DNA of 64,000 nucleotides from Rickettsiales bacterium (GCA_035765535.1 DASTXE010000005.1:36684-100683), one strand, 5' to 3'; counted from the first letter of the stretch, positions 36,456 through 45,548 are shown. Notes: generated by a model from the sequence alone, not told the origin. Translations and numbers: made by a program.

Positions 36456-38097
36456 ATTGTTCCAGATAGGTGTTTTCCTTCAGGCAGTGATAGGCTTTTC
36501 CGTTTTCGGATACAACCTGTTCCAGAAAATCTTTCTTGCGGACGATGAGCAGCATCGCCGGATTGGCGAAAGCTTCCTCAGCGGTAAATGATTTCCCCGT
36601 GGGAGGGAAAGTGAATATCTGCCTGTCCAGCTCCGGACAGCCTATCAGCACCGCCTGAGGATAAGAATGCATGAAGATAAGCCTTTCCACGCCGTCCAGC
36701 ATATGCTGTTCCTCTGCCGCCTTCAGCGTAGTGAGAAGAAGATTGCGTGTGCGTAGGCGGCGGTAATACGGATTCACGATCAAAGAGGTGCTCTCGTAGG
36801 GGATTTTCAGGGCCATATCCTTGCCCGTGAAAGCGGCATCGCCTAGATAGGGATAGATATCCTTGATGCGGAACGCTTCGTCGCGTTCGGCAATAATGGC
36901 GTCATGCTCGTCCAGTGTTTCCAGGTAATATTTTACAGCGTCAAGATTTGCCTGTTTGATGCCATATTCGCTATAGTCCGTGAAACGCCGCTGCGGGCTG
37001 TAAGCTAGCAGCCCGGCTGTGAGCAGCATGATTGCCATTGTATGAGTCTTGGAGGAATATGCACTGGCAGCATCTGATATGATGAGGGCAGCGCAGGGAA
37101 TAATAAGCGGAATCAGCCATAAATCGTGCCGCGTGCCGGACGAGGAATAATGCAGCGTGACGATCATGAAGATTTTGATGCCGATGCCGCAAGCCGCCAG
37201 TGCCAGGCAGTTGCGCGTGGCCTGTGAATGTTTTCCCGCACGTAGCGCAAACAATAGAATCAGCAGATAAAGAGCGTAGGGCGAGGGCAGGAGATAATCC
37301 AGATCGTGAAACGGATAAGACAGGGCATTATAGACTGTCTGGGTAAGATCGGTTGGGAAATGGGAATAAGGCTGGGCAAGTGCCAGAGTTTTCCGCCAGG
37401 GCAGTGTAATCAACACAGCTGAAACTGCCAGCAAGGCATTGATCCCAAGCCATTGCAGCAGCTTGGATTTCTGACCCGTACGATAGAGGCGGAGCGCTTC
37501 AAGCACCGCGAGCGGTGTAAGGCTCAGTACCGCAAAGAAATGTGTGAGGCAGGCGAGCAGGCCGAATCCGCCGTATTGTAGTAACGAGCGCAAGGAAGGC
37601 TTTTCACGCCAGGAGAGCCATGCGTCAAAGCTTAAGGAGAGAAAGAGCAGGAAAACTGTGTAATTGCGAGCGATATAGGATTGGATGATGCAGCCGAAGC
37701 TGAATGTTATCAATGCGGCTGCGCAGAGGCCCGCAAACTCACCACCCAGACGGCGGCCGATCCGGTAGTATAGTGGAACGAGTGCGATGCCGAACAGCAA
37801 TGAAAATAATCTTGAAAACCATACCGTATCCGAGATTTCCTGCCAGTAATGGCGCAGGATATTGCCCAATGGCGGGTGGGCCTCATAAAGGGAAAATTGC
37901 AGTACCTGTTTCAGGGAGTCTGCACCGGCAATGGCGGTGTGGAGCAATTCGTCGTCCCCGTAAGCATATTGGTCGACACCGTGCACACGTATGAAAATGG
38001 CGATAATTATCAATATTATCAGCCATGTTCTTATAAAAACTTTGGACATTGGCGGATTATTCCAATAATTATCTGTCTGGTTTTCCATTTTGGGCAA
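36415..38097 (-). CDS. GT-C fold membrane glycosyltransferase, ArnT/PMT-like, paralog 3
   Basis: 560 aa, with GDDELLH and EAHPPLGNILRHYWQEISDT..FSRLFSLLFGIALVPLYY. The C-terminus is NGKAYHCLK plus a 20-aa tail. It overlaps the paralog 2 start. The start could instead be the internal Met at 38049 (MSKVFIRTW). Confidence 0.7.
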   Translation of the reverse strand: MPKMENQTDNYWNNPPMSKVFIRTWLIILIIIAIFIRVHGVDQYAYGDDELLHTAIAGADSLKQVLQFSLYEAHPPLGNILRHYWQEISDTVWFSRLFSLLFGIALVPLYYRIGRRLGGEFAGLCAAALITFSFGCIIQSYIARNYTVFLLFLSLSFDAWLSWREKPSLRSLLQYGGFGLLACLTHFFAVLSLTPLAVLEALRLYRTGQKSKLLQWLGINALLAVSAVLITLPWRKTLALAQPYSHFPTDLTQTVYNALSYPFHDLDYLLPSPYALYLLILLFALRAGKHSQATRNCLALAACGIGIKIFMIVTLHYSSSGTRHDLWLIPLIIPCAALIISDAASAYSSKTHTMAIMLLTAGLLAYSPQRRFTDYSEYGIKQANLDAVKYYLETLDEHDAIIAERDEAFRIKDIYPYLGDAAFTGKDMALKIPYESTSLIVNPYYRRLRTRNLLLTTLKAAEEQHMLDGVERLIFMHSYPQAVLIGCPELDRQIFTFPPTGKSFTAEEAFANPAMLLIVRKKDFLEQVVSENGKAYHCLKENTYLEQYVEPPPGNKIHAE

Positions 38098-38127
38098 TTT
38101 ATAGCAACCTTAGCAAGAACACAAACA

Positions 38128-39603
38128 ATGAAAAAAGCGCTGGTTATGATTATCGCCTACAATGCTGAGCGGCATATCGTCTCGGTATTGAACCGCATTC
38201 CCGATACTTTGTGGAATAATCCGGATTATCAGGCGGATGTCGTGGTGATCGACGATTGTTCGAAGGATCATACCAGTGCTGTGGCGCGCGAGTATATCTC
38301 CGGCTCCAGCCGCCCGATCCGCCTGCTGCGCAACCAGCTCAATCAGGGGTACGGTGGTAACCAGAAAGTCGGCTATACTTATGCGATCGAGAATGGTTAT
38401 GAGGCTGTTGTCATGGTGCATGGGGACGGGCAATATCCGCCGGAATTCATTCCGCAGATGCTGGAGCCGCTCATGAGAGGTGAAGCAGCTGCCGTATACG
38501 GCTCGCGTATGATCAATAAAAAAGATGCGCTTGCGGGCGGCATGCCGTATTATAAATTTGCGGGCAATATCGTTCTGACGCAGTTGCAGAACTGGATGCT
38601 TGGCAGCAATCTCAGCGAATTCCATTCCGGGTTCCGGGCTTATAGCATTGCGGCGCTGAGGCAGATTCCGTTTCAGTATAATTCCAACGTCTTCCACTTC
38701 GACACGGATATTATCATCCAGTTGGTGGATAATGGGCTTACCATTAAGGAAATCCCTATTCCGACGCATTACGGGGATGAAGTCTGCCATGTGAACGGTC
38801 TGCGTTATGCTAAGGATGTCATGGTTTCGACGCTGCTTTCGCGTATCCAGAAGTTTGGCATCTTTTACGATCCCAAGTTCGACTATGAGCGCACAGTCAC
38901 CTATCCCGATAAAAGCCAGTTTGCCAGCAGCCATAGTTTTGCGCTGGAACAGGTCAATGCCAATGAAACCGTGCTTGATCTTGGCTGCGAGGCGTATGTT
39001 ACGGGCAACCTGAAAACGCGCGGATGCAAGGTAATCGGCTGCGACTGGCAGGTGAACGACCGTATGCGCGAAGCTTATGAAGGCGTATTCGCAATGGACC
39101 TGAACCAGCCTGATTTCGATGTGCTAGGCCAGCAGCATTTCGATGTGATTATGCTCCTCGATGTGATTGAACATATCAGCGACCCGGAAGCGTTCATGGA
39201 AAGGCTGCATAGGCGGTTCGCGGCGATGAACCCGCGTATTGTCGTGACGACGCCGAACATTGCTTTCTTTATCCAGCGCATCATGCTGCTGCTTGGCCAG
39301 TTCAATTACGGCAAGCGCGGTATTCTTAACCGGAAGCATACACGCCTCTTTACGTTTGCATCCCTTTCGCGCCTGCTCAGCAATTCCGGTTTCAATGTGA
39401 TAAAACTGGAAGGCATTCCCGCGCCGTTCCCGCTTGCTTTCGGCGATAACGGGTTCGCACGTGCGCTATTGAAATTTAATCAATCGCTGATGAAAATCAG
39501 CAGGACGCTGTTTTCCTACCAGATTGCGGCAGTGATACAACCCAAGCCGACGCTCGAGATTCTCGTCAGCCAGGCTATTGAATATGGTGACCGGACGATA
39601 TGA
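38128..39603 (+). CDS. Bifunctional-looking GT2 glycosyltransferase (polyprenyl-phosphate glycosyltransferase-like) fused to a class I SAM methyltransferase-like domain
   Basis: Start placed at ATG 38128 (MKKALVMIIAYNAERHI). The GT2 part has VVVIDDCSKDHT and VHGDGQYPPEFIP. The C-terminal part has VLDLGCEAY..., FDVIMLLDVIEHISDPEAF and IVVTTPN. Its stop overlaps the valS ATG (ATGA at 39600-39603). Confidence 0.7.
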   Translation: MKKALVMIIAYNAERHIVSVLNRIPDTLWNNPDYQADVVVIDDCSKDHTSAVAREYISGSSRPIRLLRNQLNQGYGGNQKVGYTYAIENGYEAVVMVHGDGQYPPEFIPQMLEPLMRGEAAAVYGSRMINKKDALAGGMPYYKFAGNIVLTQLQNWMLGSNLSEFHSGFRAYSIAALRQIPFQYNSNVFHFDTDIIIQLVDNGLTIKEIPIPTHYGDEVCHVNGLRYAKDVMVSTLLSRIQKFGIFYDPKFDYERTVTYPDKSQFASSHSFALEQVNANETVLDLGCEAYVTGNLKTRGCKVIGCDWQVNDRMREAYEGVFAMDLNQPDFDVLGQQHFDVIMLLDVIEHISDPEAFMERLHRRFAAMNPRIVVTTPNIAFFIQRIMLLLGQFNYGKRGILNRKHTRLFTFASLSRLLSNSGFNVIKLEGIPAPFPLAFGDNGFARALLKFNQSLMKISRTLFSYQIAAVIQPKPTLEILVSQAIEYGDRTI

Positions 39604-42224
39604 AGCAACTACCCAAGAATTACGACCATAAAGAAGCTGAAAAGCGGATACAGCTTCAGTGGGAAGCTGAAGGCGTTTATGCGTGGGATAATACGCAGCC
39701 GCGCGAGAATACTTTTGTCATCGATACACCGCCTCCGACAGTATCCGGCGTGCTGCATATGGGGCATATCTTCAGCTATACACAAGCGGATTTCGTGGCG
39801 CGTTACCAGCGCATGAAAGGCAAGACCGTATTCTACCCGATGGGGTTTGACGATAACGGTCTGCCGACGGAGCGCCTTGTTGAAAAGGAAAAGAAGGTGC
39901 GCGGCAGCGCGATGCCGCGTGATGAGTTCGTGGCCTTGTGCCGCGAGGTGGTGAAGAACGCGGAAGATGAGTTCCGCAACCTCTTCAAGAGCGTGGCCGT
40001 TAGCGTGGACTGGAGCCAGGAATACCAGACGATCAGCGACGAAGTGCGCATGCTGTCGCAGATGTCATTCCTGGATTTGATGCGCAAAGGCGAAGCTTAC
40101 CGCGATTTCCGCCCTACTTACTGGGACTGGGTAGACCAGACCGCGATTGCGCAGGCTGAGATCGAAAATAAGGAAATGCCTGGCACAATGAACGAGATCG
40201 AGTTCATGCTGGAAGGAGAAACACCGATTGTGATTGCCACGACACGTCCAGAATTGCTCGGTGCCTGCGTTGCGGTCATGTACCATCCGGATGATCCGAA
40301 TGCGTCAAATTATAAAGGGCAGATTGCCGTAACGCCGCTGTTTGACGTGAAAGTGCCGATGATTGCAGACAGCGCCGTTGAGCGCGATAAAGGCACGGGT
40401 CTTGTTATGTGCTGCACTTTCGGTGACGATACGGACAAGGAATGGTGGCGCGCTCATAATCTGCCGATGCGTCCTGTGCTGGCAACGAACGGTAAGATCG
40501 AGTTCACTCGCGTCATGAAGGATGATCTGTGCGTGGGGCTCACCTTTACGGCTGCGCGTGACGGCAAGCAGAAAGCCATGCTCGACGAAACCAATACGCA
40601 GGATTTTGAAAAGACGCTTGCGGTTTTCGGTGCGATTGAAGGGCTGAAGCCCAAGCAGGCAAACTCCAAGATATTGGAAATGCTGGAGGTGCAGGGTAAA
40701 CTGCGCAAGCAGACGCCGATCATGCATACGGTAAAATGCGCCGAACGTTCCGGCACGCCGATTGAAATCATTCCGACCTACCAGTGGTTCATCAAGGTGG
40801 TGGATAAGAAGGAGGCGCTGATTACCAAGGGCAATGAGTGCAAATGGTATCCGGAATTCATGCATATCCGCCTGAACCAGTGGATCGAAGGACTCAAAGA
40901 AGACTGGTGTATCTCGCGCCAGCGTTTCTTTGGTGTGCCGTTCCCCGTGTGGTATTCCAAACGCGAGGGTGAAGAAGGCAAAGTGCTGGTTGCGGACGTG
41001 AAGCAATTGCCGGTCGACCCGCTTACGGATGCGCCTGAGGGCTATACGCGTGATGAAGTCATCCCCTGCACGGATGTTATGGATACCTGGGCGACTTCTT
41101 CCATCAGCCCGCAGATTAACGCCAAGGGGATCAGCAAGAATCGTTGCGTAGATGCTACGCGCTACGAGCAGCTTTTCCCGGCCGATCTGCGTCCGCAGGC
41201 CCATGAGATCATCCGCACCTGGGCGTTCTACACGATTGTGAAGGCGCATCTGCACGAAAACAGTATTCCCTGGAAAAACCTGATGATCTCAGGCTGGTGT
41301 CTTGCCTCCGACAAGACCAAGATGAGCAAGTCCAAGGGTAATGTCGTTACCCCGGTCGATCTGATTATCGATAAGGGGGCAGACGTTGTGCGTTACTGGG
41401 CGTCGACGTCACGTCTGGGGGCGGATACGGCGTTTTCGGAAGATCTGTTGAAGATCGGCAGGAAGCTTGTGACCAAGCTGTGGAATGCTACTAGCTTCGC
41501 AGGTATTCATCTGAGCAAGCTCAGCGGTAAGCCTTCCACCGCAGCGGAAGATGTTGCGAGCGGCAGGATCAGCGAGACACTCGATAAATGGATTCTCGCA
41601 CGGCTGCGTAAGACCATCGTGAAAGCGACCTCGGAATTCGAGAATTTCGAATATTGCGATGCACGTGTGGCGATTGAGGAATTTTTCTGGAAAGATTTCT
41701 GCGATAATTATCTCGAACTGGTCAAGGCCCGCGCTTACGGCGAGGTCTCTGATGAAGCTGGCAGTCTTTCCGCCCATCTGACGCTTTATCACTGCCTGGA
41801 TGCGATATTGCGTCTGTTCGCACCGTTCGTACCGCATGTGACGGAAGAGCTCTATACCCATCTGTTTGACGGACAGGGCTCCATCCACCGTTGCGGCAAC
41901 TGGCCGAAGGCGGAAGCCTATCCGGCGGACGATAATGCTGAGCAAAGCGGCATCTACTGCGTCAGTATTCTGGAAGCAATCCGTAAGGCCAAATCCGAGC
42001 GGCAGGTTTCCATTAAGTTCCCGGTACAGGAGCTTGTGCTTGCATCGCTGCAAACGGATTGGCAGGATATCGCACCTGTCGTTACCGATCTCAAGAGCGC
42101 CGGTACCGTGCAGAAGCTGGAATGGGTTGATACGTTGCCGGAAGACGGGGTCTATACGGAAGACCGCCGATTCACGCTGGCGCTGACGTTTGCAGAGAGT
42201 GCACAAGGGGAGTCTGCCGCCTAA
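39600..42224 (+). CDS. valS: Valine--tRNA ligase
   Basis: 874 aa. HIGH-type motif PPPTVSGVLHMGH and KMSKS motif KTKMSKSKGN. Confidence 0.95.
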   Translation: MKQLPKNYDHKEAEKRIQLQWEAEGVYAWDNTQPRENTFVIDTPPPTVSGVLHMGHIFSYTQADFVARYQRMKGKTVFYPMGFDDNGLPTERLVEKEKKVRGSAMPRDEFVALCREVVKNAEDEFRNLFKSVAVSVDWSQEYQTISDEVRMLSQMSFLDLMRKGEAYRDFRPTYWDWVDQTAIAQAEIENKEMPGTMNEIEFMLEGETPIVIATTRPELLGACVAVMYHPDDPNASNYKGQIAVTPLFDVKVPMIADSAVERDKGTGLVMCCTFGDDTDKEWWRAHNLPMRPVLATNGKIEFTRVMKDDLCVGLTFTAARDGKQKAMLDETNTQDFEKTLAVFGAIEGLKPKQANSKILEMLEVQGKLRKQTPIMHTVKCAERSGTPIEIIPTYQWFIKVVDKKEALITKGNECKWYPEFMHIRLNQWIEGLKEDWCISRQRFFGVPFPVWYSKREGEEGKVLVADVKQLPVDPLTDAPEGYTRDEVIPCTDVMDTWATSSISPQINAKGISKNRCVDATRYEQLFPADLRPQAHEIIRTWAFYTIVKAHLHENSIPWKNLMISGWCLASDKTKMSKSKGNVVTPVDLIIDKGADVVRYWASTSRLGADTAFSEDLLKIGRKLVTKLWNATSFAGIHLSKLSGKPSTAAEDVASGRISETLDKWILARLRKTIVKATSEFENFEYCDARVAIEEFFWKDFCDNYLELVKARAYGEVSDEAGSLSAHLTLYHCLDAILRLFAPFVPHVTEELYTHLFDGQGSIHRCGNWPKAEAYPADDNAEQSGIYCVSILEAIRKAKSERQVSIKFPVQELVLASLQTDWQDIAPVVTDLKSAGTVQKLEWVDTLPEDGVYTEDRRFTLALTFAESAQGESAA

Positions 42225-42272
42225 GTATTGGCGGCGGCACTCTTTGCCCTTTACAACGTCTTCTGGATTCTA

Positions 42273-42310
42273 TAGAAAATTTGTGTAATATTATATCATA
42301 ACATTTTCTA
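42273..42310. promoter_or_regulatory. Candidate operator (Zur-box-like): 8-bp perfect inverted arms around an AT-rich core, abutting the zur start codon
   Basis: TAGAAAAT (42273-42280) and ATTTTCTA (42303-42310) flank TTGTGTAATATTATATCATAAC. The right half, ATAACATTTT, resembles a Zur-box half-site. The left half is imperfect. Confidence 0.3.
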
Positions 42311-42720
42311 TGATCCCCAAAAAGCCGATAAAAGGTCCCAATAAGCTCGTGCAGGACGTTCTCAGCGAAAGCGGAAAGCCTCTGGGAGCTTATGAGATAC
42401 TTGAGCGCGTGAAAGTGAAGGGCATCAACGGCCCGCCCACCGTATACCGTGCGTTGGACAAGCTGATGAAGCTCGGCATGGTGCATCGTATTGCATCCAA
42501 ACATACCTATATCATCTGCCGTCATGGCAGCGAACATGCGAATGAGTCCATTATTTTTGCTGTCTGTAACCGTTGCGATAATGTGGACGAGATCCCCAGC
42601 GAAGACCTTCATCATGCGTTTGAAGGCGTGCGTCGCGAGAAGGGATTCAGGATTGAGCATGAAATCGTGGAAGTGACCGGGCTCTGCGGTAACTGCAGCG
42701 AGCAGAAAGGTGCGCACTGA
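42310..42720 (+). CDS. zur: Fur-family metalloregulator, Zur-like
   Basis: 136 aa. Winged-helix N-domain (PPTVYRALDKLMKLGMVHRI). Two CxxC pairs (CNRC, CGNC). Lies upstream of znuCBA-type genes. Confidence 0.7.
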   Translation: MIPKKPIKGPNKLVQDVLSESGKPLGAYEILERVKVKGINGPPTVYRALDKLMKLGMVHRIASKHTYIICRHGSEHANESIIFAVCNRCDNVDEIPSEDLHHAFEGVRREKGFRIEHEIVEVTGLCGNCSEQKGAH

Positions 42721-42808
42721 TGTATTACTGGAGCGCGCTGCAACGTGTGGGAGCGGCGTTGCTCGCAATAGCGGGTATATGGATCATCTGCGCGTGGGCG
42801 ATGGGATT

Positions 42809-43531
42809 ATGGCCCCGATTCTGAAACTGCACGACTTGACCGTCGCATATAACCGTTATCCGGCGGTGCATCATTTAAAAGGCGAGTTTGCTGGTGGCGC
42901 TTTGACGGCTATTACCGGGCCGAACGGCGCAGGCAAGAGCACGCTGCTCAAGACGATTGCGGGCATATTGCCCGTGCATGAAGGTTCTGTCGAGTTCTGT
43001 GGGATCACACGTAAGGATATGGCTTATCTCCCGCAGGCGGCTGAGCTGCAGGTGGATTTCCCTCTTAATGTATTGCAGATGGTATGCTCCGGTTTCTGGC
43101 GCGTGAGCAATGGGTTCCAGCGTATCAGCAAGCAGCAGCGCGAGCGGGCAGAAGAAGCGCTTGCGGTCGTGGGGCTGCTAGGGATGGCGGACAGGACGCT
43201 TGGCAGTCTCTCCGCAGGCCAGTTCCAGCGTGCGCTGTTTGCGCGCGTCATCGTGCAGGATGCAAAGCTGATTATGCTGGATGAGCCGTTCACCGCCATG
43301 GATGCAGGCACGACGGACGCATTACTGAAAGTGATCCACCAGTGGCAGGGGGAAGGCCGCACGGTCATCAGTGTTCTGCATGATTTTGATCAGATCAGGG
43401 AGCATTTTCCTACCTGCCTGCTGATTGCGCGTGAGTGCATTGCATGGGGAAAATCGCAGGATGTGCTGAAGCCGGAGAACCTTGTCAGTGCGCGGCTGTT
43501 CCGCGAAGTTTTACCCCATAGGCAACACTGA
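42809..43531 (+). CDS. znuC: Zinc/manganese-type ABC transporter ATP-binding protein
   Basis: Likely start MAPILKLHDLTVAY at 42809; the track ORF begins at GTG 42710, which overlaps zur. Walker A GPNGAGKST and signature LSAGQFQR. Confidence 0.8.
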   Translation: MAPILKLHDLTVAYNRYPAVHHLKGEFAGGALTAITGPNGAGKSTLLKTIAGILPVHEGSVEFCGITRKDMAYLPQAAELQVDFPLNVLQMVCSGFWRVSNGFQRISKQQRERAEEALAVVGLLGMADRTLGSLSAGQFQRALFARVIVQDAKLIMLDEPFTAMDAGTTDALLKVIHQWQGEGRTVISVLHDFDQIREHFPTCLLIARECIAWGKSQDVLKPENLVSARLFREVLPHRQH

Positions 43532-43532
43532 T

Positions 43533-44402
43533 ATGATGTTATACGATGCGATTATCCAGCCTTTTGCCGATTACGGATTTATGCGCCGGGCACTTGCGGC
43601 GTGCATCGTGATGGCCGCAAGCAGCGCTCCGCTCGGCCTGTTTCTGGTGCTGCGCCGCATGAGCCTGATGGGAGACGCAGCCGCGCATGCGATCCTGCCC
43701 GGTGTGGCAGTAGCATTTATCTTCAGTGGCGTTGCGCTCTGGCCGATGACGCTTGGCGGGCTTGCCGCCGGGTTGCTGATGGCGCTTGCGGCTGGAGTAG
43801 TGACGCGGCTCACTGCGCTCAGGGAGGATGCGAGTTTTACGGCGGCGTACCTTACTTCACTTGCGGCAGGCGTGATGATCATCTCCATGCATGGCAGCGC
43901 TATCGACCTTATGCATATATTATTCGGTAATGTGCTGGCGGTGGATAATGATTCGCTGCGGCTGATCGCGATGATCGCCACGGTGAGCCTTTTGACGCTG
44001 GCCGTGATTTACCGGCCTTTGATTATGGAATGTTTCGACCCGTTCTTCCTCAAGGTGCAGCAGGGGCGCGGAGCGGTGTATCATCACCTGTTTCTCGTGC
44101 TGGTGGTGCTGAATCTGGTGGCGGCGTTTCAGGCTTTAGGAACGCTCATGGCGGTGGGTATCATGGTGCTGCCTGCCATTGCTACACGGTTCTGGACGCG
44201 CAATATTGATATAGCCGTAGGGCTCAGTATCCTGTTCGGCATCCTCTCTTCCGTAATAGGGCTGCTGCTTTCCTACCATTACAGCCTGCCTTCCGGCCCG
44301 GCGATCGTGCTGACAGCGAGCGCATGGTACATCATTTCCGTCTTTGCAGGGGCAGATGGCGGCATATTGATCCGGTTCTTTCCGCGTAAGCATTTCCATT
44401 AA
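43533..44402 (+). CDS. znuB: Zinc/manganese-type ABC transporter permease
   Basis: Likely start MMLYDAIIQPF at 43533, 1 nt after the znuC stop. ABC-3 family-like (MSLMGDAAAHAILPG). Confidence 0.8.
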   Translation: MMLYDAIIQPFADYGFMRRALAACIVMAASSAPLGLFLVLRRMSLMGDAAAHAILPGVAVAFIFSGVALWPMTLGGLAAGLLMALAAGVVTRLTALREDASFTAAYLTSLAAGVMIISMHGSAIDLMHILFGNVLAVDNDSLRLIAMIATVSLLTLAVIYRPLIMECFDPFFLKVQQGRGAVYHHLFLVLVVLNLVAAFQALGTLMAVGIMVLPAIATRFWTRNIDIAVGLSILFGILSSVIGLLLSYHYSLPSGPAIVLTASAWYIISVFAGADGGILIRFFPRKHFH

Positions 44403-44413
44403 GAGCATTCGTT

Positions 44414-45292
44414 ATGAAAGCATTGCTGATCTCCATGCTGGTATTGCTTTTGCCGATGCAGGCCAGTGCGCAGCATAAGCTAAAGGTCGTGGCCAGTTTT
44501 AGCGTACTTGGCGATATTGTGCATCAGGTGGCACAGAACGATGCGGATGTGCAGGTGCTTGTAGGACCCAACGGTAATGCGCATGAATATGAGCCCACCA
44601 CGGCGGACGCGCGCATGATTGCGGATGCGGATATAGTGTTCGTCAACGGGCTCGGGTTTGAGGGGTGGATGCAGCGGCTTATCGCCTCGGCGGGGTATAA
44701 GGGGCGGGTGGTGACGGTCAGTGCAGGTGTGAAGCCGATCACAACGCTCGGGCATGAAGACCCGCATGCTTGGCAGGATGTGGCGAATGTAAAGCTTTAT
44801 GCCGCCAATATTCGCGATGCGCTTGCCCAGACGGATATGGAACATGCGGCGGATTATACTCGCAATGCGGACGCCTATATCGCGCAGCTGGAAGCGCTGG
44901 ATACATGGGTGAAGGCACAGATTGCGAGCGTACCACCCCAGAAGCGCAAAGTGATCAGCGCGCATGATGCGTTTGGCTATTTTGCCGCGCATTACGGAGT
45001 GGTTTTCATTGCGCCGCTTGGCATGAGCGCGGAAAGCCAGCCTTCGGCGGCGGATATCGCCCGGATTATCGATGCTGTGCGCAAGCAGGATATCAGGGCG
45101 GTATTTCTGGAAAATATGGCCGATACGCGCCTGATGGAGCAGATAAAGCAGGATTCAGGGGCACATCTGGGCGGAACGCTCTATTCGGACGCGCTTTCGC
45201 CTCCACACGGCCCGGCGGCGGATTATCTGGCTATGCAGCGCCACAATGTGGCCGAACTGGTGGCCGCCATGCAGGAAAATCCGGGAAAATAG
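44414..45292 (+). CDS. znuA: Metal (Zn/Mn) ABC transporter substrate-binding protein, cluster A-I (TroA/ZnuA-like)
   Basis: 292 aa. Signal peptide, with LKVVASFSVLGDIV, NAHEYEPT and DPHAWQD metal-ligand contexts. No His-rich loop, so metal specificity is uncertain. Confidence 0.75.
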   Translation: MKALLISMLVLLLPMQASAQHKLKVVASFSVLGDIVHQVAQNDADVQVLVGPNGNAHEYEPTTADARMIADADIVFVNGLGFEGWMQRLIASAGYKGRVVTVSAGVKPITTLGHEDPHAWQDVANVKLYAANIRDALAQTDMEHAADYTRNADAYIAQLEALDTWVKAQIASVPPQKRKVISAHDAFGYFAAHYGVVFIAPLGMSAESQPSAADIARIIDAVRKQDIRAVFLENMADTRLMEQIKQDSGAHLGGTLYSDALSPPHGPAADYLAMQRHNVAELVAAMQENPGK

Positions 45293-45362
45293 GCGTCTTA
45301 GCTTATTAGGCGCTTGACAGATGGTTACACTGCCCATATACGACTATTCCCACCTGAATTAT

Positions 45363-45437
45363 GGCTCGGTAGCTCAGTGGTAGAGCAGGGGAATCATAAT
45401 CCCTTGGTCGGGTGTTCAAATCACCCCCGAGCCACCA
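45363..45437 (+). tRNA. tRNA with CAT anticodon (elongator Met, or Ile2 if lysidine-modified)
   Basis: 75-nt cloverleaf folded by hand: acceptor GGCTCGG/CCGAGCC, D arm GCTC..GAGC, anticodon stem GGGGA/TCCCT with loop ATCATAA, T arm GGGTG-TTCAAAT-CACCC, encoded CCA. The G1-C72 pair argues against an initiator. Confidence 0.9.
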
Positions 45438-45548
45438 ATTTCCGCTCAAAAGCAAATGGCCCTTCGCATCATATGCAAAGAGGCCACCGCCTAACACTAA
45501 CAATTTATATTTTGCCGAAAGAAAATCGGCCTTATTCGATAACTGGCA

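Noticed and set aside
37849-38127. N-terminal 93-codon extension of the GT2-methyltransferase ORF (track start at 37849)
   Set aside because: The extension overlaps the 5' part of GT-C paralog 3 on the other strand and has no GT2-like sequence. The canonical GT2 N-terminus MKKALVMIIAYN begins at ATG 38128.
38110-38934. 274-aa minus-strand ORF
   Set aside because: Antisense to the GT2 domain, which has clear DDCSKD and DGQYPPE motifs. Shadow ORF.
40305-42206. 316-aa and 265-aa minus-strand ORFs
   Set aside because: Both are antisense to valS, which carries HMGH and KMSKS motifs. No recognisable motifs of their own.
42710-42808. Upstream GTG start for znuC (overlapping zur), and similarly the 43482 start for znuB
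   Set aside because: The extensions add non-homologous residues ahead of canonical N-termini (MAPILKLHDL..., MMLYDAIIQPF...). The ATG starts at 42809 and 43533 fit the family alignments better. The exact starts remain uncertain.
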